DNA from: the human T2T-CHM13v2.0 reference genome, Homo sapiens
Reading direction: 5' to 3' (one strand)
Length of the DNA stretch: 64,000 nt
NCBI RefSeq assembly: GCF_009914755.1
Contig: NC_060927.1
In this document: in pieces, positions 38,064-52,910 of the stretch
How positions within the stretch are numbered: the stretch's first letter is position 1
Layout of the letters: the number at the start of each line of letters is the position of its first letter
Made by a program: the position numbers and the translations under genes
Notes under the pieces: model-generated
The model's input: the letters and a program-made list of their open reading frames with translations, nothing else
Database searches by the model: none
Told to the model about the DNA's origin: nothing

Positions 38064-38486
38064 TGATATGATTTGGATATTTGTCTCCTTCAAATCTCAT
38101 GTTTAAGTGTGATTACCAATGTTGGAAGTGGGGCCTGCTGAGAGGTGACTGGGTCACGGGGGTAGATCCCTCCTGAATGCTTTAGCACCGTCCCCTTCAT
38201 GAGAAGTGTGTTCTTGCTCCATTAGTTCATGCGCGATCTGGTTATTTAAAAGAGTCTGGGACCTCTCCCTTCTCTCACTTGCTCTGGCCTTGCTATGTGA
38301 TGTGCCTGCTCCCACTTCACCTTTCACCATGACTGTAAGCTTCCTGACGCTCTTATCAGAAGCCAAGCAAATATTGCCGTCATGCTTGTACAGCTTGCAG
38401 AACTGTGAGCCCATTAAACCTCTTTTCCTTATAAATTACTCAGCCTAAGGTATTTCTTTATAGCACTGTAAGAATGGACTAATACA
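38064..38486 (+). mobile_element. MSTB solo LTR with 5-bp TSD
   Basis: tgatatgatttgg…gaatggactaataca; TSD gagtc at 38059-38063 and 38487-38491. Confidence 0.9.
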
Positions 38487-39777
38487 GAGTCTCTAGGAAT
38501 CAATAGCATAAAGTCATAGAGAGCAGGCTAAGGTGATAAGGCAACAAAAAGAGAAGAAAAGAAAGTGAAATAAAAGAAATGAATGAGAAGGAAGTATTGC
38601 ATGGAAACTAAAATCTCAGCAACAAAACCAATATCTCCACTGAAATCGGAAGTTATGTTACGTATTGTTTTATATTGTTATATACTTCCATAAAGAAGTT
38701 CGATACTTCTTTATATTGTTGGTATAGGGAAGTTATGTCAAGGGAAATATAAATAGTAACATGTTAAACTAAAGATACTCTCCCAGAATGCAAAGAAATG
38801 TACTAAAAAGTGACACTGAAGGCAAAAAATCATAAATATAGAACAATGAATACAAAGATAATTGGTTTGCTTGAAGAAGACAAGACACAATGAAACAGAA
38901 ACAATACTAGTTCACCCATTTATTCAACATGTATTTATTGAGCTATCTACCATGTGCTGTGCAGTGTGCTATGTGCTGCATAGGCTGCAATGAGCGTATT
39001 AAATGTGATTACTTCCTTCAATTAAGTTTCTATCTAATTAGATAGTACAGAAGCAAATACACAAATAAATATGTACTTGCAGATTTTGGTAAGCATTAAA
39101 GAAGAATGCAGAACAATAATTAACAACATAACAGAATAAAACATTAGTGAGTTGAGGGAAGACCTCTGCATGGAGCTTGAAAGTGAGCTTTCCCTGTCAG
39201 GCAAAACCAGTAAAACAGAACTATACCAGCTAGATAAAGACAGCATCTAAATTGTCATTTTTTAATTATAAGAGAAAAAATTCATAAGGGGTCATGCAGA
39301 ACAATAACAACAAAAATACCTTAACAGGACTCATCTCTTCAATGCTAAATGTCAGAAACTTCTGGATCATCTTATCTAGAGACTTTGGAAAAAGATCATG
39401 AATTTCATACCCAGTAAAGTGTCTTCCATGTGCAAAGGCACATTACTTTATCAGATAAACTCTTCAAAATATCTCTAATCCATGTATTCTTCTTGTAGAA
39501 ACTGTTAGTTCAGCCAAACAAGAGGAGATGAAAAAGTAAGAGCTCAAGTATGAAACTAGTTTGAAATGAGATAAAACTAAATTATTGATGCACACAAATT
39601 AGAAAACTGAAACTTTGAGGAACCACAAGGCACCCAGTGTGGGTGAAGTGAGATGGAAAACATGGTAGGGAAGGCACAGGCTACACACGTGTACTTGGGC
39701 CAGGTCCTACAGACCTTGCAGGTCATGCACTTTTTTTTTTTTTCCTAACCTGTTCCTCTTTGAAAGAAGTATGTCTA

Positions 39778-40241
<464 letters not shown>

Positions 40242-41029
40242 AAAGAAGTATGTCTAACTTCCTCTAAAACATATTACTCTGATAATTGAAAACAGGTCTC
40301 CGCCTCAAATTATACAAAGCTTTCCCAATTCTATAAAATAAAGGTGAATACTCCAATAGAAAATTTCTAAAAAATGAAAAGACTGGACCAAAAAGGAAGA
40401 CAAAAATGTAATTAAAAATGCAAAATTAAAAAAAAAATATTTTAACATATCAAAATAAAAATAGCTGAAAAAAAGATACTCTGTAGCGTTGGCAAGGGTA
40501 GGAGGAAATATACATTGCTTATGCAATGTTTGTAGAAATGTAAATTGGAATGATTTTCCTGGAGGGCAATTTGGCAACATATGCCAAATGCCTTGCAAAT
40601 ACACTACTCTTTGACTCAGTAATTTCACTTCTAGAAATTTGTTCTTGTGACTTTCCTTCATAGCATTTTCCTCAGATTTTTAAAAATAAGTTTTTAATTG
40701 TATATTTGTTTGTGTGATCATATGATTAATGCCTGTTTCTGTAAAGGCAGAGGTTAGTCATTTTGCTTATTATTGTAACCTAGCATGCAGTATATTCTTG
40801 AATACATGAATTAGAATGTTTTGAGAAAATATACACATACATATTTACATATTATTGGAAAATTTTCAATGAACTGGGGCATACTAGAGCTGTCTTCTAC
40901 CAAGTATCCTGAATCTTGATTGTGGTTATGGTTACACATATTTATACATGTGTTAAAGTTTATTAAGCTGTCGATTATAGGGTATATAATTTTAAAAAAA
41001 TAATAAAAAAGGAAAAATGTAATATATAC

Positions 41030-41275
41030 TCAAAATTAATTACTTATTATGTTTTACTATTTCTATGCTTTTGAGGTGATTTATGTGAACTTAGGGTAAA
41101 CATGCTGCATGATTGTGTGCTATGGCATTTTTATTTCCAACACTTTGTTCACTGACTTCATATGGTAACTTAAAATTGACCACGTGGGAGTATTTACACT
41201 GCAGAAAGTGACAAATGCTAACAACTTAAGGCTTTTCTCTTTGGAGAGCCAGTTGTTAAATATTTATCAGCTCTC
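41030..41275. mobile_element. MER63-like (hAT-Blackjack) fragment
   Basis: gtgggagtatttacac…caaatgcta…ggagagccagttgttaaatatttatcagc. Confidence 0.65.
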
Positions 41276-41537
41276 CCTTCTTATGGAGCCGGGCTTTGTA
41301 AGCAAATGTACCATGAGCATTTGGAACTTGGAGAGGAGATAAGAGGGTGGGTGGGCATAGAGCCTCCATCTGCTTATTTTTCTGGGATCCTAAATGTATA
41401 CAAGAATAGAGGAACTCTCTGCAGAAATGTGGAGGAGGTATAACATTTTCCATTTTTAGGCAAAGTTATTAAACTATGTCTGAAACACAGGGATCATTGT
41501 GATGGAAGCTACCTGTTAGGAGAGGGAGCAAGACCCC

Positions 41538-41924
41538 TGTAGTGAATATTGTTGGAACACCCATATCCAGCTGCTGAGAGTATTGGGCTGCTAATGGCTC
41601 ACAGTTACCCCCTTCTTCAGAGAATTGCCCTTGACTGACCAGAAGCTGCCTTGCCTGGAAGGTTATGCTTCCTACTCCTCCTCTGGGGACAGTCCATAGC
41701 CAATGACTAGCTTGCGTGAGGTATAAAAGGCTGGATCCTTGAACCTCTAGGGGGACAACTCTGTGGTGCAATTGACTCATGCTGAGACCACATCCTTGCT
41801 TAGCTCCTTCTCCTCCCCTGCCCTGCTTCCCTTATTCCCTTCTCCTGAGAATCATCTTTAATAAATTAATTTATCATAAATCCCCAATTTCAAGCTCTGT
41901 TTGTATGTATCCTGGCCTCAGATA
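41538..41924 (+). mobile_element. LTR16C-type solo LTR
   Basis: tggctcacag…gagaattgccctt…agccaatgact…gtataaaagg…ctgagaccacatccttgcttagc…aataaa. Confidence 0.8.
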
Positions 41925-42589
41925 GAACAAAGAATGATTTCAATAGGAGAGTATGTGAAGACTTGACCAAGAACAGAGGCATGTGTTGGCTTCCAGGCCT
42001 GTCCTAGTCCTGTCCCAACAGTCATTCTGTTCACAAGTGATGCTCTCAAAAAGTGGACATGTGGATGAAACTAAGATCAGGCACTTTCAATCATGAAATG
42101 CCCTTATCTATACAACACACTGAGGTGGGAGCATCCTCACCACCACTCTAGGACCCATGCAACTTGGGCAGAGACTAGGAAATGCAGGATCAGCAGGATT
42201 GCTATCTCCGTAGATTCCCTGGGTCCAGTAAGCAGTGATTATAAGCCTCAAGATTTGTAAAGACTAGAGGAGACAGGATCCAGAGACACTCAAAATGGCG
42301 GCCAAGTTGGGATCTTGTCTCTGGCCACTGTTATGTTAGGCTGTTAACAAGAAGTGGATGAGGCTCCTGGCTTCATCAAGAATAGAAGAGACAATGATGG
42401 GAAGACGTTGCAATAGTATTTATGGTTGCACATGAATGGCTGACTTCTGACTTCCTGGGGACCCAGTGGAGTTTCTGTTTCATTGCTGAAGAGTTAAAGG
42501 CAGCAAGAATGAAGAAAGAGCCCCTAGGAAGTTTTGCATGTATTCATTCAACAAATACTATTGAGCTAACCACTTGTCAAGCACTGTTC

Positions 42590-42985
42590 TACATTATCTT
42601 AGATTATGCTCGCTGGAAACAAGCTGTGTGGCAGAAGTTAGCCTGCAGGAGGTTTATTGGGGAGTAATTTCAGAATAACATCAGTAGGGGAGTTAGGGAA
42701 GGAGGATATTATAGGCCCCAGCCAATTCCACAGAAAGCTCTGGATTTGGAATGACCCTTTGGAGTTGTTCCAAGTTATGGTGAGGGGGCTGGGCCTTTAG
42801 ATACCCCCAAACCTACAGATCATTGGATGTGGGCTACCTCTGGAGAAGATGTAACTTTGGCAGAGTAGCTCCCTTGGTTGAAGGCTCTTCTGAGAGAAGG
42901 ATTCATATGTGAGCCAGCACTCGGAGCAGGTTGGGTAATAAGTACCTTGGTCCTGAGCATGTGATCTGGAGAGTGAACCATGCCA
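42590..42985 (-). mobile_element. LTR16-family LTR inserted in an L2 3' end (L2 at about 42535-43090)
   Basis: gcaggaggtttattggggag…aaagctctgg…gggctgggccttt…tcattgg. The flanks attcattcaacaaatactattgagc and ctaggatgcaacagtga…tggagattacattctaatgg are antisense L2. Confidence 0.6.
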
Positions 42986-43211
42986 TCCATTAGTGATACT
43001 AGGATGCAACAGTGATAAAAAGAGATAAACTCTTGCTTTATGGAGATTACATTCTAATGGAGACAGATAATAAATAAATGAGATTCTCACGAAAATGCTA
43101 TCACAGTGATCGTTTCTGGTTGGGTAAGTTCACAGGGGATTTTAATTTTTCCTATTCTTACTTGTGTGCATTTCCTAAGTAGCCAATAAGAAGTATGTAT
43201 TACTTGGATAA

Positions 43212-43540
<329 letters not shown>

Positions 43541-46500
43541 AAAAATCTTCTAGAAGAATGTATGGGTAACAATAGCCAAGATTAATTTTGATTATATAGA
43601 CTCATCAGAGGCATTTGTCCTATCAGCTGTTTAAATAATAAGATGTAAGTCTGTACGAACAGATCAATGGAACCAAACAAAAATTTGAGAAAGGAACCAT
43701 GCTTGACATAACAATTTGGTCTGTGATCCAAGTGGCATCATAGTAAGGTGTTTAAGGGAATGGACTGTTGGGAATCAGAGTGTGTGTTACTGGCTGTGTC
43801 CTTGCTCAACCTTTCTGAGGCTCAGTCCCCAGATCTGCACAGTGTTGTGAGGTTTAAAGCAAATGATGTATGCTAATGTGTGTAAAAAGATTTAGCACAA
43901 TTCCAGGCATGTAGCAAGTACTGATAAGTGGTAGTGGAGATGATTATTAATAAAATCATTAATATTCACTCTAGATATGTTAAAAATTTTACGTAAAAAA
44001 AGAGGAAGTACATTCCAGGAGAATTAAATAATTAAATGTAAAAAACTATCACTACATTCCAAATGAGTTTAATAATTTTTTAAAACCCGTGCATTAACAT
44101 TTAAATGTACCCAAATCAAAAGTCTTAAAATTGTAGCTTTAAATGCAATTCAAGCAAAAAAAATTTTTTTTGAGAAATGGAATTTGGGCGTTATTAGAAG
44201 TCTCCTCACGATGGCTGGACTTTTCCCTTGCAGAATCAATTTGCTTCCCTCCACTCTGATAGAAGTAGGAACTATGCTTCTTGTTTGGAAATTCCTTCTA
44301 AGTATCTATTTAGAATTCTGCTGTTGCAGCCCACCATTTTCTCTCCACTCTCTGCCTTGTATTTTACATCATCCAAAGCTCTACTAATAGGAGCCATCTC
44401 CAGAGACATTATCTGACCTCCTCTACCTGAGATCTAATAACTCTGAGAGTTTTCAGATGTTTAAAGTGTCAGGCACACCATTATCCAAGGAAATATTTTA
44501 CCTAGCCATTTACCAAGTTTCACAAAATCATTTTCCCAAACACTGACAGTGCTTTGTGAAGGATAAATAAGTATAGAAAATTGCGAGGATGAACCAAACA
44601 TCCAGTGATTTTGTAGATGGATCATTGCCAGAGCCTCGAACTTGTTTATCTTATTAAAGATAAATTAGTTAGAAATGAACAAAATGGTTTTGACAAAATA
44701 ACTGTATTTGGCATATGTTTACTCTGACCTTCAAAACCACTCCAAGTGTTTCACATTTTAATATTCTGCTTTTTCACTAGCTCTTCATGCACAAGTAACA
44801 TTAAAAATAATTTTGTATGTTACTATTATTTTATTTATTGATTGTTCATCACTTTTAAATTATGATACTTGTATATTATAGAGAATTAGGAAAATAGAGA
44901 AAAGTAAAAAGCGATGGAAAGTCACTATTAATCTCATGAAACAGATATAACCATAACTAACATTTTAAGATATTTCTTTCATGTTATTTTTCAGGTATAT
45001 ACAGAGATATAGCAAAATTGGGATTATACAGCATAAGAAGTTTTATCTCCTTTTAAAAATTAAAGATTATGTAGTAAATTTATTTTCACATCTTTAAATG
45101 ATATTCAGAAACCTTATTTTTAGAGATTATCAAGTGTATGTTTATGTTGAATCACTATAATTTACCTAAGTGATTTCTTCTTTTTGGACATACAGGTTAT
45201 TTTCAATGTTCGCTATTATATGTAACTTCTTTGTATATATCTGTCAATAAATCTATTTTTGGATTTTTTTATTTTGTCAAGCTAAATTTCCAGAAATGTA
45301 ATTACTAGTCATATGGCATGAACATTTTAAAGATTTTTCACATGTTAATTTAGCCTCTCTGTATCTCAGTTTCCATATTGTAAAATGGGATAATATTAAT
45401 GCAAACCTTACATGACTGTTGAGAGGATCTAGTGAGATAATTTATTGTCAGTTTTTAGCAAATTATAAGGTAGTATACAGTTTATTATCATTAGTCATTC
45501 CATTCCATCCCATTCTAATCCATGCCAGTTGGTTCCCAGGCAGGCTAATTAGCTGCATCCTATTGCAAGCTTGCTGAACGCAAAGGCAGACTATTAATAA
45601 ATTCCTGGGTAGCCAGTGGCTGCTGGGACCTGATACTAGCATTTTATTCCATTGCAAACTCACCAGTGCTTTTTGTTCCATTTCCCTACCTGTAGTTATA
45701 TGCTTTGTATGTAACATATAACTACATGGGATATGCATGGGCTAAAACAGAGCAATATGAGGAGTGGTAAAAAACTTGCCCATTTTTTGCCATTCTATAC
45801 CTAAAGGTTCAGCCTAGCTCCAAGAAGTTTGATCCCAAAGCTTCACTGTTTTGTGGAATCATGAAGAGCAACTAATAAATACAGTGTTTTATTTTTTAAT
45901 GGAAAAAAGTAACTTCCTGAATGTGTTCCTAGAATTCATATTTATAGTCATAGATACAAACACACACACACACACACTCCACACACACGCATTATATGCA
46001 TCATTACCAGGTTCAACATCCAATTTTAGGGAAATCATCAGGGACAAGGCCAGCACATCCAGGTTCATTCCAGGCGGCAGCCTGAGTCTGCACTAGGGAG
46101 ATGAGTAAACGAACCCAAGAAAGCACTAGCTGAGTCCCTCTGAAGGCCCAGAGCTCTCTGACCATAAACTGTCAAAGGGATAATGAGCTTCAAGTCACAA
46201 AGTGAAGCAAAATGGAAGAAAAATTCAGGCCAGTTAAATAAAGTTGAAGTGACTGGTTTGCTGAGGGACAGCAATGGCTCACAAGGAGAATCTCATTTCA
46301 TCGTTAATTTGCATATGGTGAAGATTGATTTTCTACGGCTAATCCAAATTTATGACACATCAGGTGATATTTAAAGGACTCAATGGAGCATTTAATAGCC
46401 AAACATTTTTCCTGATTAGTACCCACTTGACCTGGTGGCCCAGAGATGAATGCTGATTACCCTGTCCCCCTCCTCCTTCCAAGTGGCTCTAAGCAGAATA

Positions 46501-46719
46501 GCTGCCAATCAGGCAGCAGAAAAACACAGCCAGACTGTAGTCAGAACATCCTGACACTTAGAAGTTAGGAACTCTCGAAGTGTGGAAGGGAGTTGGTGGA
46601 GGGGAACTGATGGGTTTGTCTCTTTTCAAAAATTACACCTGTCAGGGACTTTATAGCTTTCACATCCCAGCCTCATTTATGCAGAATACACTTATAGGGC
46701 AGTCATTAGATGTTATCAT

Positions 46720-46910
46720 TTTTCTGATAAATAATCTCAACAATCTTGATAGATAAGGATTCTTAATCCCAATTAGCAAATCAGAAGCCTGAGTCTCAGA
46801 GAAGTTAAGTAATCTATTTGTCCAATCACCTAGCTAATGAGTGGTGGGGCCAGGATTGAAACTCGGTTCAGGATGACTCCAAAGCTTAGACGCTTTCCAG
46901 TTCTGCATTG
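46720..46910 (-). mobile_element. MIR
   Basis: aatctcaacaatc…ctgagtctcagagaagttaagtaa…gctaatgagtggtggggccaggattgaaactcgg…tgactccaaagc. Confidence 0.75.
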
Positions 46911-47344
46911 CTCATTGAAGACTCCTGGGTCACTGCTTCGGTTGGTGTTGGATCTGAGCAGAAACTATCAGGAGTCTAGGTCAAGGCATGGGGGTGAGAG
47001 TAGGCAGAGCCAGGCCAGAAGTCCCTGCATAAATCTAGACACCAGATATCAGAAAATTTTGATCATGGCTTTTATTTCTTTGCAACAGTCGTCCTCAGGT
47101 TCTGAAGAGAACTCACCGGTTGTAGAGTCTGTGTTAATCACCCAGCATTAATATTTCCATTGCTCCATCATCATGTGTAAGCCTGTCAACAGCGTTCTTC
47201 TCCAGAAGTAAACTTGCTCAACCTTTAGTTTCACATCAGTGAAGGTGGATTCTTTCACCAAGATGGACTTGTTTGTTCTCAGGAAATCCATACAGCCCTC
47301 GATGAAGAGTTCAGAAACTCTTTTTATGCATTAAAAGCACCTAC

Positions 47345-47830
47345 ACAATTTGATGGTTTAATACAACAAGTTTTTCCTCATAATTCTGTGGGTCAGCAGT
47401 TTGGGCTGGGATCAGCTGGGCTGTTCCTCTGTTGGTTTTCCTGAGGACACTCGTGACTGCTGTCATCAGGCAGTTCCACTGGGGCTGAGTGATCCAACAT
47501 GACTCACTTACATGCCTGGCTATGGGTGACAGCTCTTCTCCGGATCTTACTCCCCACAAGCTTTCTCATCCTCCAGCCAGCTGGACTGGACTTTTCCACA
47601 CAGTGTTCTCAGGGTCTCAAGAGAGCGAGAGCAGAAGCTGCCAGGCCACTTGAGGTCCAGACTTGGAACTAACACCATCACTTCTACTGCAATTTATTGT
47701 TCAAAGCAGGACATTAAGCACCCCTATTCAAGGGGGTAGAGAAATAGACTCTACCTCTTGATGGGGGAAGCAAAGGCACCTGAAAACAGAAGTGGGAGAA
47801 ATCTGTGACCGTTTTTTGCAGTCTTTCACA
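47345..47830 (-). mobile_element. Old MLT1 (H/J-type) LTR
   Basis: cataattctgtgggtcagcagtttgggctgggatcagctgggc…cacttctactgc…attcaagggggtagagaaatagactctacctcttgatggg. Confidence 0.78.
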
Positions 47831-47872
47831 AGGAGAAAATAATCTTACCTGGACAAAGAAGAGGCTTCACCC

Positions 47873-48032
47873 CAGTGTTCTTTCAACTTTAACATGAACA
47901 TGAATCACCTTAGGAACTTGTTACAATGCAGGTTCTGATTCAGTTGGTCTGGTGTGGGACTGAAGGTATTTCTAACAAGCTCTCAGGTGATGCTGATGCA
48001 GCTGGTTCACAGAGTACAGTTGGTGAACCAAG
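47873..48032. mobile_element. MER5A
   Basis: gaatcacct…cttgttacaatgcaggttctgattcag…tttctaacaagctctcaggtgatgctgatgc. Confidence 0.82.
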
Positions 48033-50089
48033 GTTCTAATCACTGACATGGGGTAAGTCCATTCCCTTTTCTCTACTAAGTGGGGCGAGTGCTGGCCTGC
48101 CCAATAATGTACTGGTTCTTCCAAGGGTAGAGAGCCACCCAGCCTATGCCTATAATTTAAGATATGCTGCCAGTGAACTCAGTTAATGCAGTATGTATAT
48201 TATAGGTCTACTTTAAGAACCACAGTGGCCTGACACGGATCACATACCTGCTGGAATTACTTGATTCTCTGTTAGCTCTGTGTCTGTGTTTTCCAGTGTG
48301 GTTTTGTGACCACACTGGGAAAGATCCACAAATGTCAATATTAAAATGTTCACTTTGACTTTAAAAAATGCCATCATTGCTTTCTATAGGATTTTAAAAT
48401 TAGATTTTAAATAGTTTCACATTTCAAGCATTATTATAACAGATTGCTTAGGCCAGATGGATGGTTCTCTGAGGTCTTTACCAGAACTGGTAAAGCTTGT
48501 CTAATGGTATTCAATCACAACTCTCTCACATTTTAATTCCTCTTTCATCAGAGGCTGTGTGTACCATCATGTCAGGAAGGGGCCCAAGCTTGGGGACAGA
48601 TACTCAGATAACAGAAACCTGGGTTAAAATTTTTAAAGCCTGGGGCTCTGGTCACTAGAAACACAGAGTATCTTTCTCTTTCTGATATGAACTGATGATG
48701 CAGTTTGTAATACAGCTAAGGTGAATGTCCTGAGTGTGTGTCTGTTTCTGGCTGATGTGGGAGCAATAAGGCATTTATACACAAGATTGGCCAATAATTA
48801 TAGCTGTTCATTTGTTTTTGTTTTTTTTTTGATGTCACCAAGCCATTCTATTTTTGTCCTCCCAAATCTGATCACCTGGGGGAAATTGAGGCAATGCATG
48901 TAGTTCTTCTTCCGATAGTATGGTGCTGCAAATTTGAAAAAAATGATAAGAAACACAGACATAGATGATGGGCCACAAACATAGTTATCTTTCTCTCTGA
49001 ATGAAAACAAATAAAAATCAGGGATCAGGTCAACACCAAGAGACACTTGTTTGTTTTTAACGGTTGCCCAGTTTCCTTTCAAAATGGAGGATTGAAGTAT
49101 GATACAGTTAGATAAGGAGAAAAAAAAGGTCTAGTTATAAATTAATAGAATGCTAGCATTCCAAAGAACCACAGGAATCAATGAATACAAGCCTCTTACT
49201 TTACAAATAGGAAAACTGGGGCCCAGACAGGTGACATGACTTTCATGAAGCCATGAAGCTTGCCCCTGGTCGTCCAAATTCACTCTATTGACTCCAACAA
49301 ATCATGAAGGAGATTTTACACTCTGAAGTTGCTGTCATGCTATTGGTCCTGCTTCTATGATTTCTTGCACCTTTACTAGAAACTTCTGGTCTTGTATTTG
49401 AGATTTTCCAAATCATTTGTTCAAAATCATGAGTCTGATAAAAACCCTGTTTTCTCCTTATGGCCTGTTCCATTCTTCCCTGGAAGTTTCTCATTTCACA
49501 CTATCACATTTTTATTAAAGTCATGCTGACAAATGAGGGAAATAAAACCCTTCTGAGGGTTGCTTTCCACCAAACTTTCTCTCTCTTCTGTGCTTTATTA
49601 AAATAGAAAGGACAAGAAAAATCTCATATTATACTACTCTGCAGGCTTTCTGGAATTATACATTAAATTGGCTGCTTCTGTGAGGGTCCATCAGGGTTCG
49701 TCGGGGAGGAAGGGGAAGAAATTTTGTGTACAATCCTGGACACTTTTTATGTACAAGACCATTTAATCCTCATAACAACTTTCCTCTATTTTACTGGGAA
49801 AAAGAATTGAAGCTCAGAGTAGTTAAATAGCTTGCCCAAGATTACACTATTAGTAGGGAGAAGAAGTTGGTTTGGAACCCAGATCTCCAAACTTTTTAGT
49901 CTTTGTTCTATACCAATGGTTCTCAAATGTTTGTCCAGGTTGTATTAGAATCATTGTGGAAATTTTCAAATATAAATTCTCAGGATTCACTTTCTGGCAT
50001 GATCTTATAAATTTGAGTTGGGATCCAAAAATTCTATTATATATCTTTGTTTCTATTTTATTTTCTACTTCTATATCTGCATGTATCTC

Positions 50090-50552
50090 TATCAGTTAGT
50101 ACTTGATACATAATCACTTGTCCTCAGAAGTTTAATATACACCTTTATTTAGCTCATGATTCTGTGACTAGGGAGTTGGAGCTGTCCTCAGCTGGGTGGC
50201 TCTTCTGCTGGTCTTGCTGGGCTCACACATCCATGGTTGGCTGCCAGGTTACTGGGGACTGGCTGGTCTATGATGGCCTCAGCTGAAACAGTTGATATCT
50301 GCTCCATTTGGTCTCTCACCCTCTAGCAGGTTAGCCCAGGCTTTTTTACATGGTAGCGGTAATGAGGGGTCCCAGCAGCAAAAGAGGGCAAGTTCCAATA
50401 CATAAGCAATTTTCAAGCATCTACTTGTACCACATTTGCTATTGTCCCACTGACCATAGCAAGTCAAGTGACCAAGCCTGGAGACAACGTAAGGATACCA
50501 CACAAGGGCAGGGATACAGGGAAGACAATTATTATGACCATTTTTGCAACCA
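50090..50552 (-). mobile_element. Old MLT1 (H/I-type) LTR
   Basis: tttagctcatgattctgtg…ctcagctgggtggctcttctgctgg…tttgctattgtcccactgaccatagcaagtca. Confidence 0.75.
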
Positions 50553-52250
50553 ATATATGTCTCTAGGTAAATATAGATATTTGCTGAACATGCATGGAGA
50601 TAAAAGTTGGAACAGTACTTAAGGGTATGGAAATATGTGTGCACTTTATCTAGCCCCCTTCCTCATAATCCTACTCTCCAAAGGATCGTACTTTTAACTA
50701 TGTTTTTAGCTAGTGGTGTATAACTTTTTTACTGTTACTCAACAATTTGAGAAAATATTATAGTTATATGAGTAAACTTAACTTACAGAGTCAAATTCTT
50801 CAATAAAGTTTGTTACAAACAACAGAAGCTTCCTTCTGATTTTGTTCCCCTCAGAGGCAAGTACTTTCAATTCTTCTGGCTGATTCTTTTGGTAGTTACC
50901 TCCATATTACTAAGAATTCTTTTTTCTGTTTTCGCTTCTCAACTTTTCAGTATCTATTGTTTTTTTCAGAAGATGAGAGCCCAGACCTCTTTTACCTCAC
51001 CTCTGCCCTCATCAAACCACACACCCTTTGCACCCCATCCCTGTCAGTGAAGCTGTCTTAGAACTTTCTCTACTACCAGCCTGGGATTCAGCTGTCCCAG
51101 GTCAGTTGAGAGTTAGTCCCAAACCATTTGCTTCCCAACTTCCAAAATTTTTCTGATGTTATACTTTACTCTTTCCTTTTGTTCCTATGGGTTTTTTTTT
51201 TGTCTTTTAAAAAGCCCCTTTACTGTTGTTTTGTTGGGATTTCAAGACAGAGTAAAAATATACCCATGTGCTCCATCTATCATCTTGATATGGAAGTCCT
51301 ATAGTATTTTTTCTTGATTTGTCAACATCAAGAAATATCCCATTGATGCTCTCCTTTGAAAAGCAAGCATTTTAGGTCATTTATACTATCGCTGTCACCC
51401 TCTTTTGTTCCTTTTGATTTGGATTAGTTATATTTTTATTTTTATTTTATTTATTTGGGTCAGATCCTAGGCAGTAGGGACACAGCAATTAAAAAAAATA
51501 GTCAAAGTCCCTGCATTCTCAGAGCTTACATGCTAGTAGGGCAAACAGAGTCTCAATTATATATACATACATATACATGTAGTTATTACAAACATAAAAG
51601 TATAATGTATAAAATTATAAAATATATATATAATTTCTGGGCCTTCTACATCTGAAGTCTTGTGTCTTTCTCTAGCTCTGGAAAATGTCTTCTATTGTTT
51701 TTAAGATATTTTCTCCCCTATATTTTCTGTTTTCTCTTTCTAGACTTTTACTTGATGGATGTTCCCCCTCCTGGTTAGACCTTTCTCCCAGTTCCAGCCC
51801 TGCCATGAATTGCTTTCTCATCCCCCTTCTCTCTCCTCTGCTCCATCCCTCTCTTGCTTAACATCCCAGGAAATTTTAAATTATAGCCCCTGCATTCAAT
51901 GTTTAATGTAGTGATCATATTTTTAATTTTCCTAATTGTATTTGTGAACTTTTGTAAACTATTTCTTATTCTCTTATTGCTCCTTTATATGGCCGTGTGC
52001 CCTTGTTTAAATGGATGCAGTAGCCACTCAACTTTTTCTGGGAGGCAATTAGATTTCTTTGAGGTTTTCTTCTTCTCCAAAAGTTATTTCTGCTTTCCTG
52101 GGGTCACTTGTTCTATTTGATCTTATCAGCCCATCTCCTTTGTTTCACTTGTTTGCTTCAACAGCTAGTGAATCTTGGTAATCCTGTCATATTTATGAAG
52201 GAATAACTATAGCAATTACCATGAGTAAGTGGCTGGAGTTTTCTCTACTG

Positions 52251-52567
<317 letters not shown>

Positions 52568-52910
52568 TTTCTCTACCTTTTTAAATGTTCATTTTTATCA
52601 CAGGCTGCCTATGAGTGGACCAGATGGATAAAGCAGAGACCTTCATTTTAAGGGGTCCAGCAGATCAGGTGACCACTTAATGTCCCCTGAAATGTCAGGA
52701 AAAAAAGAGTCCAGCCCAAGGTTCAGCCTCTCCATCAGATGTCCAGGTAGGCATGTTGTTCATTGATTTTGAATCCTTCTCCTAGGACCGAACTTTGACA
52801 CGACATATGCTCAGAGCAAGGGTCATCTGAGGGAGGGATCCCTTGTAGCTGGCTTGACTATGGAAGTCATGGAGAAGGTAGTGTTTAAGCCAGGAATCCC
52901 TAGGCCAGGA

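Noticed and set aside
37527-38093. Longest ORF in the track (188 aa, minus strand)
   Set aside because: No recognisable domain, F/S/I/L-rich antisense composition, starts inside an MSTB LTR, and overlaps probable old L1-like sequence.
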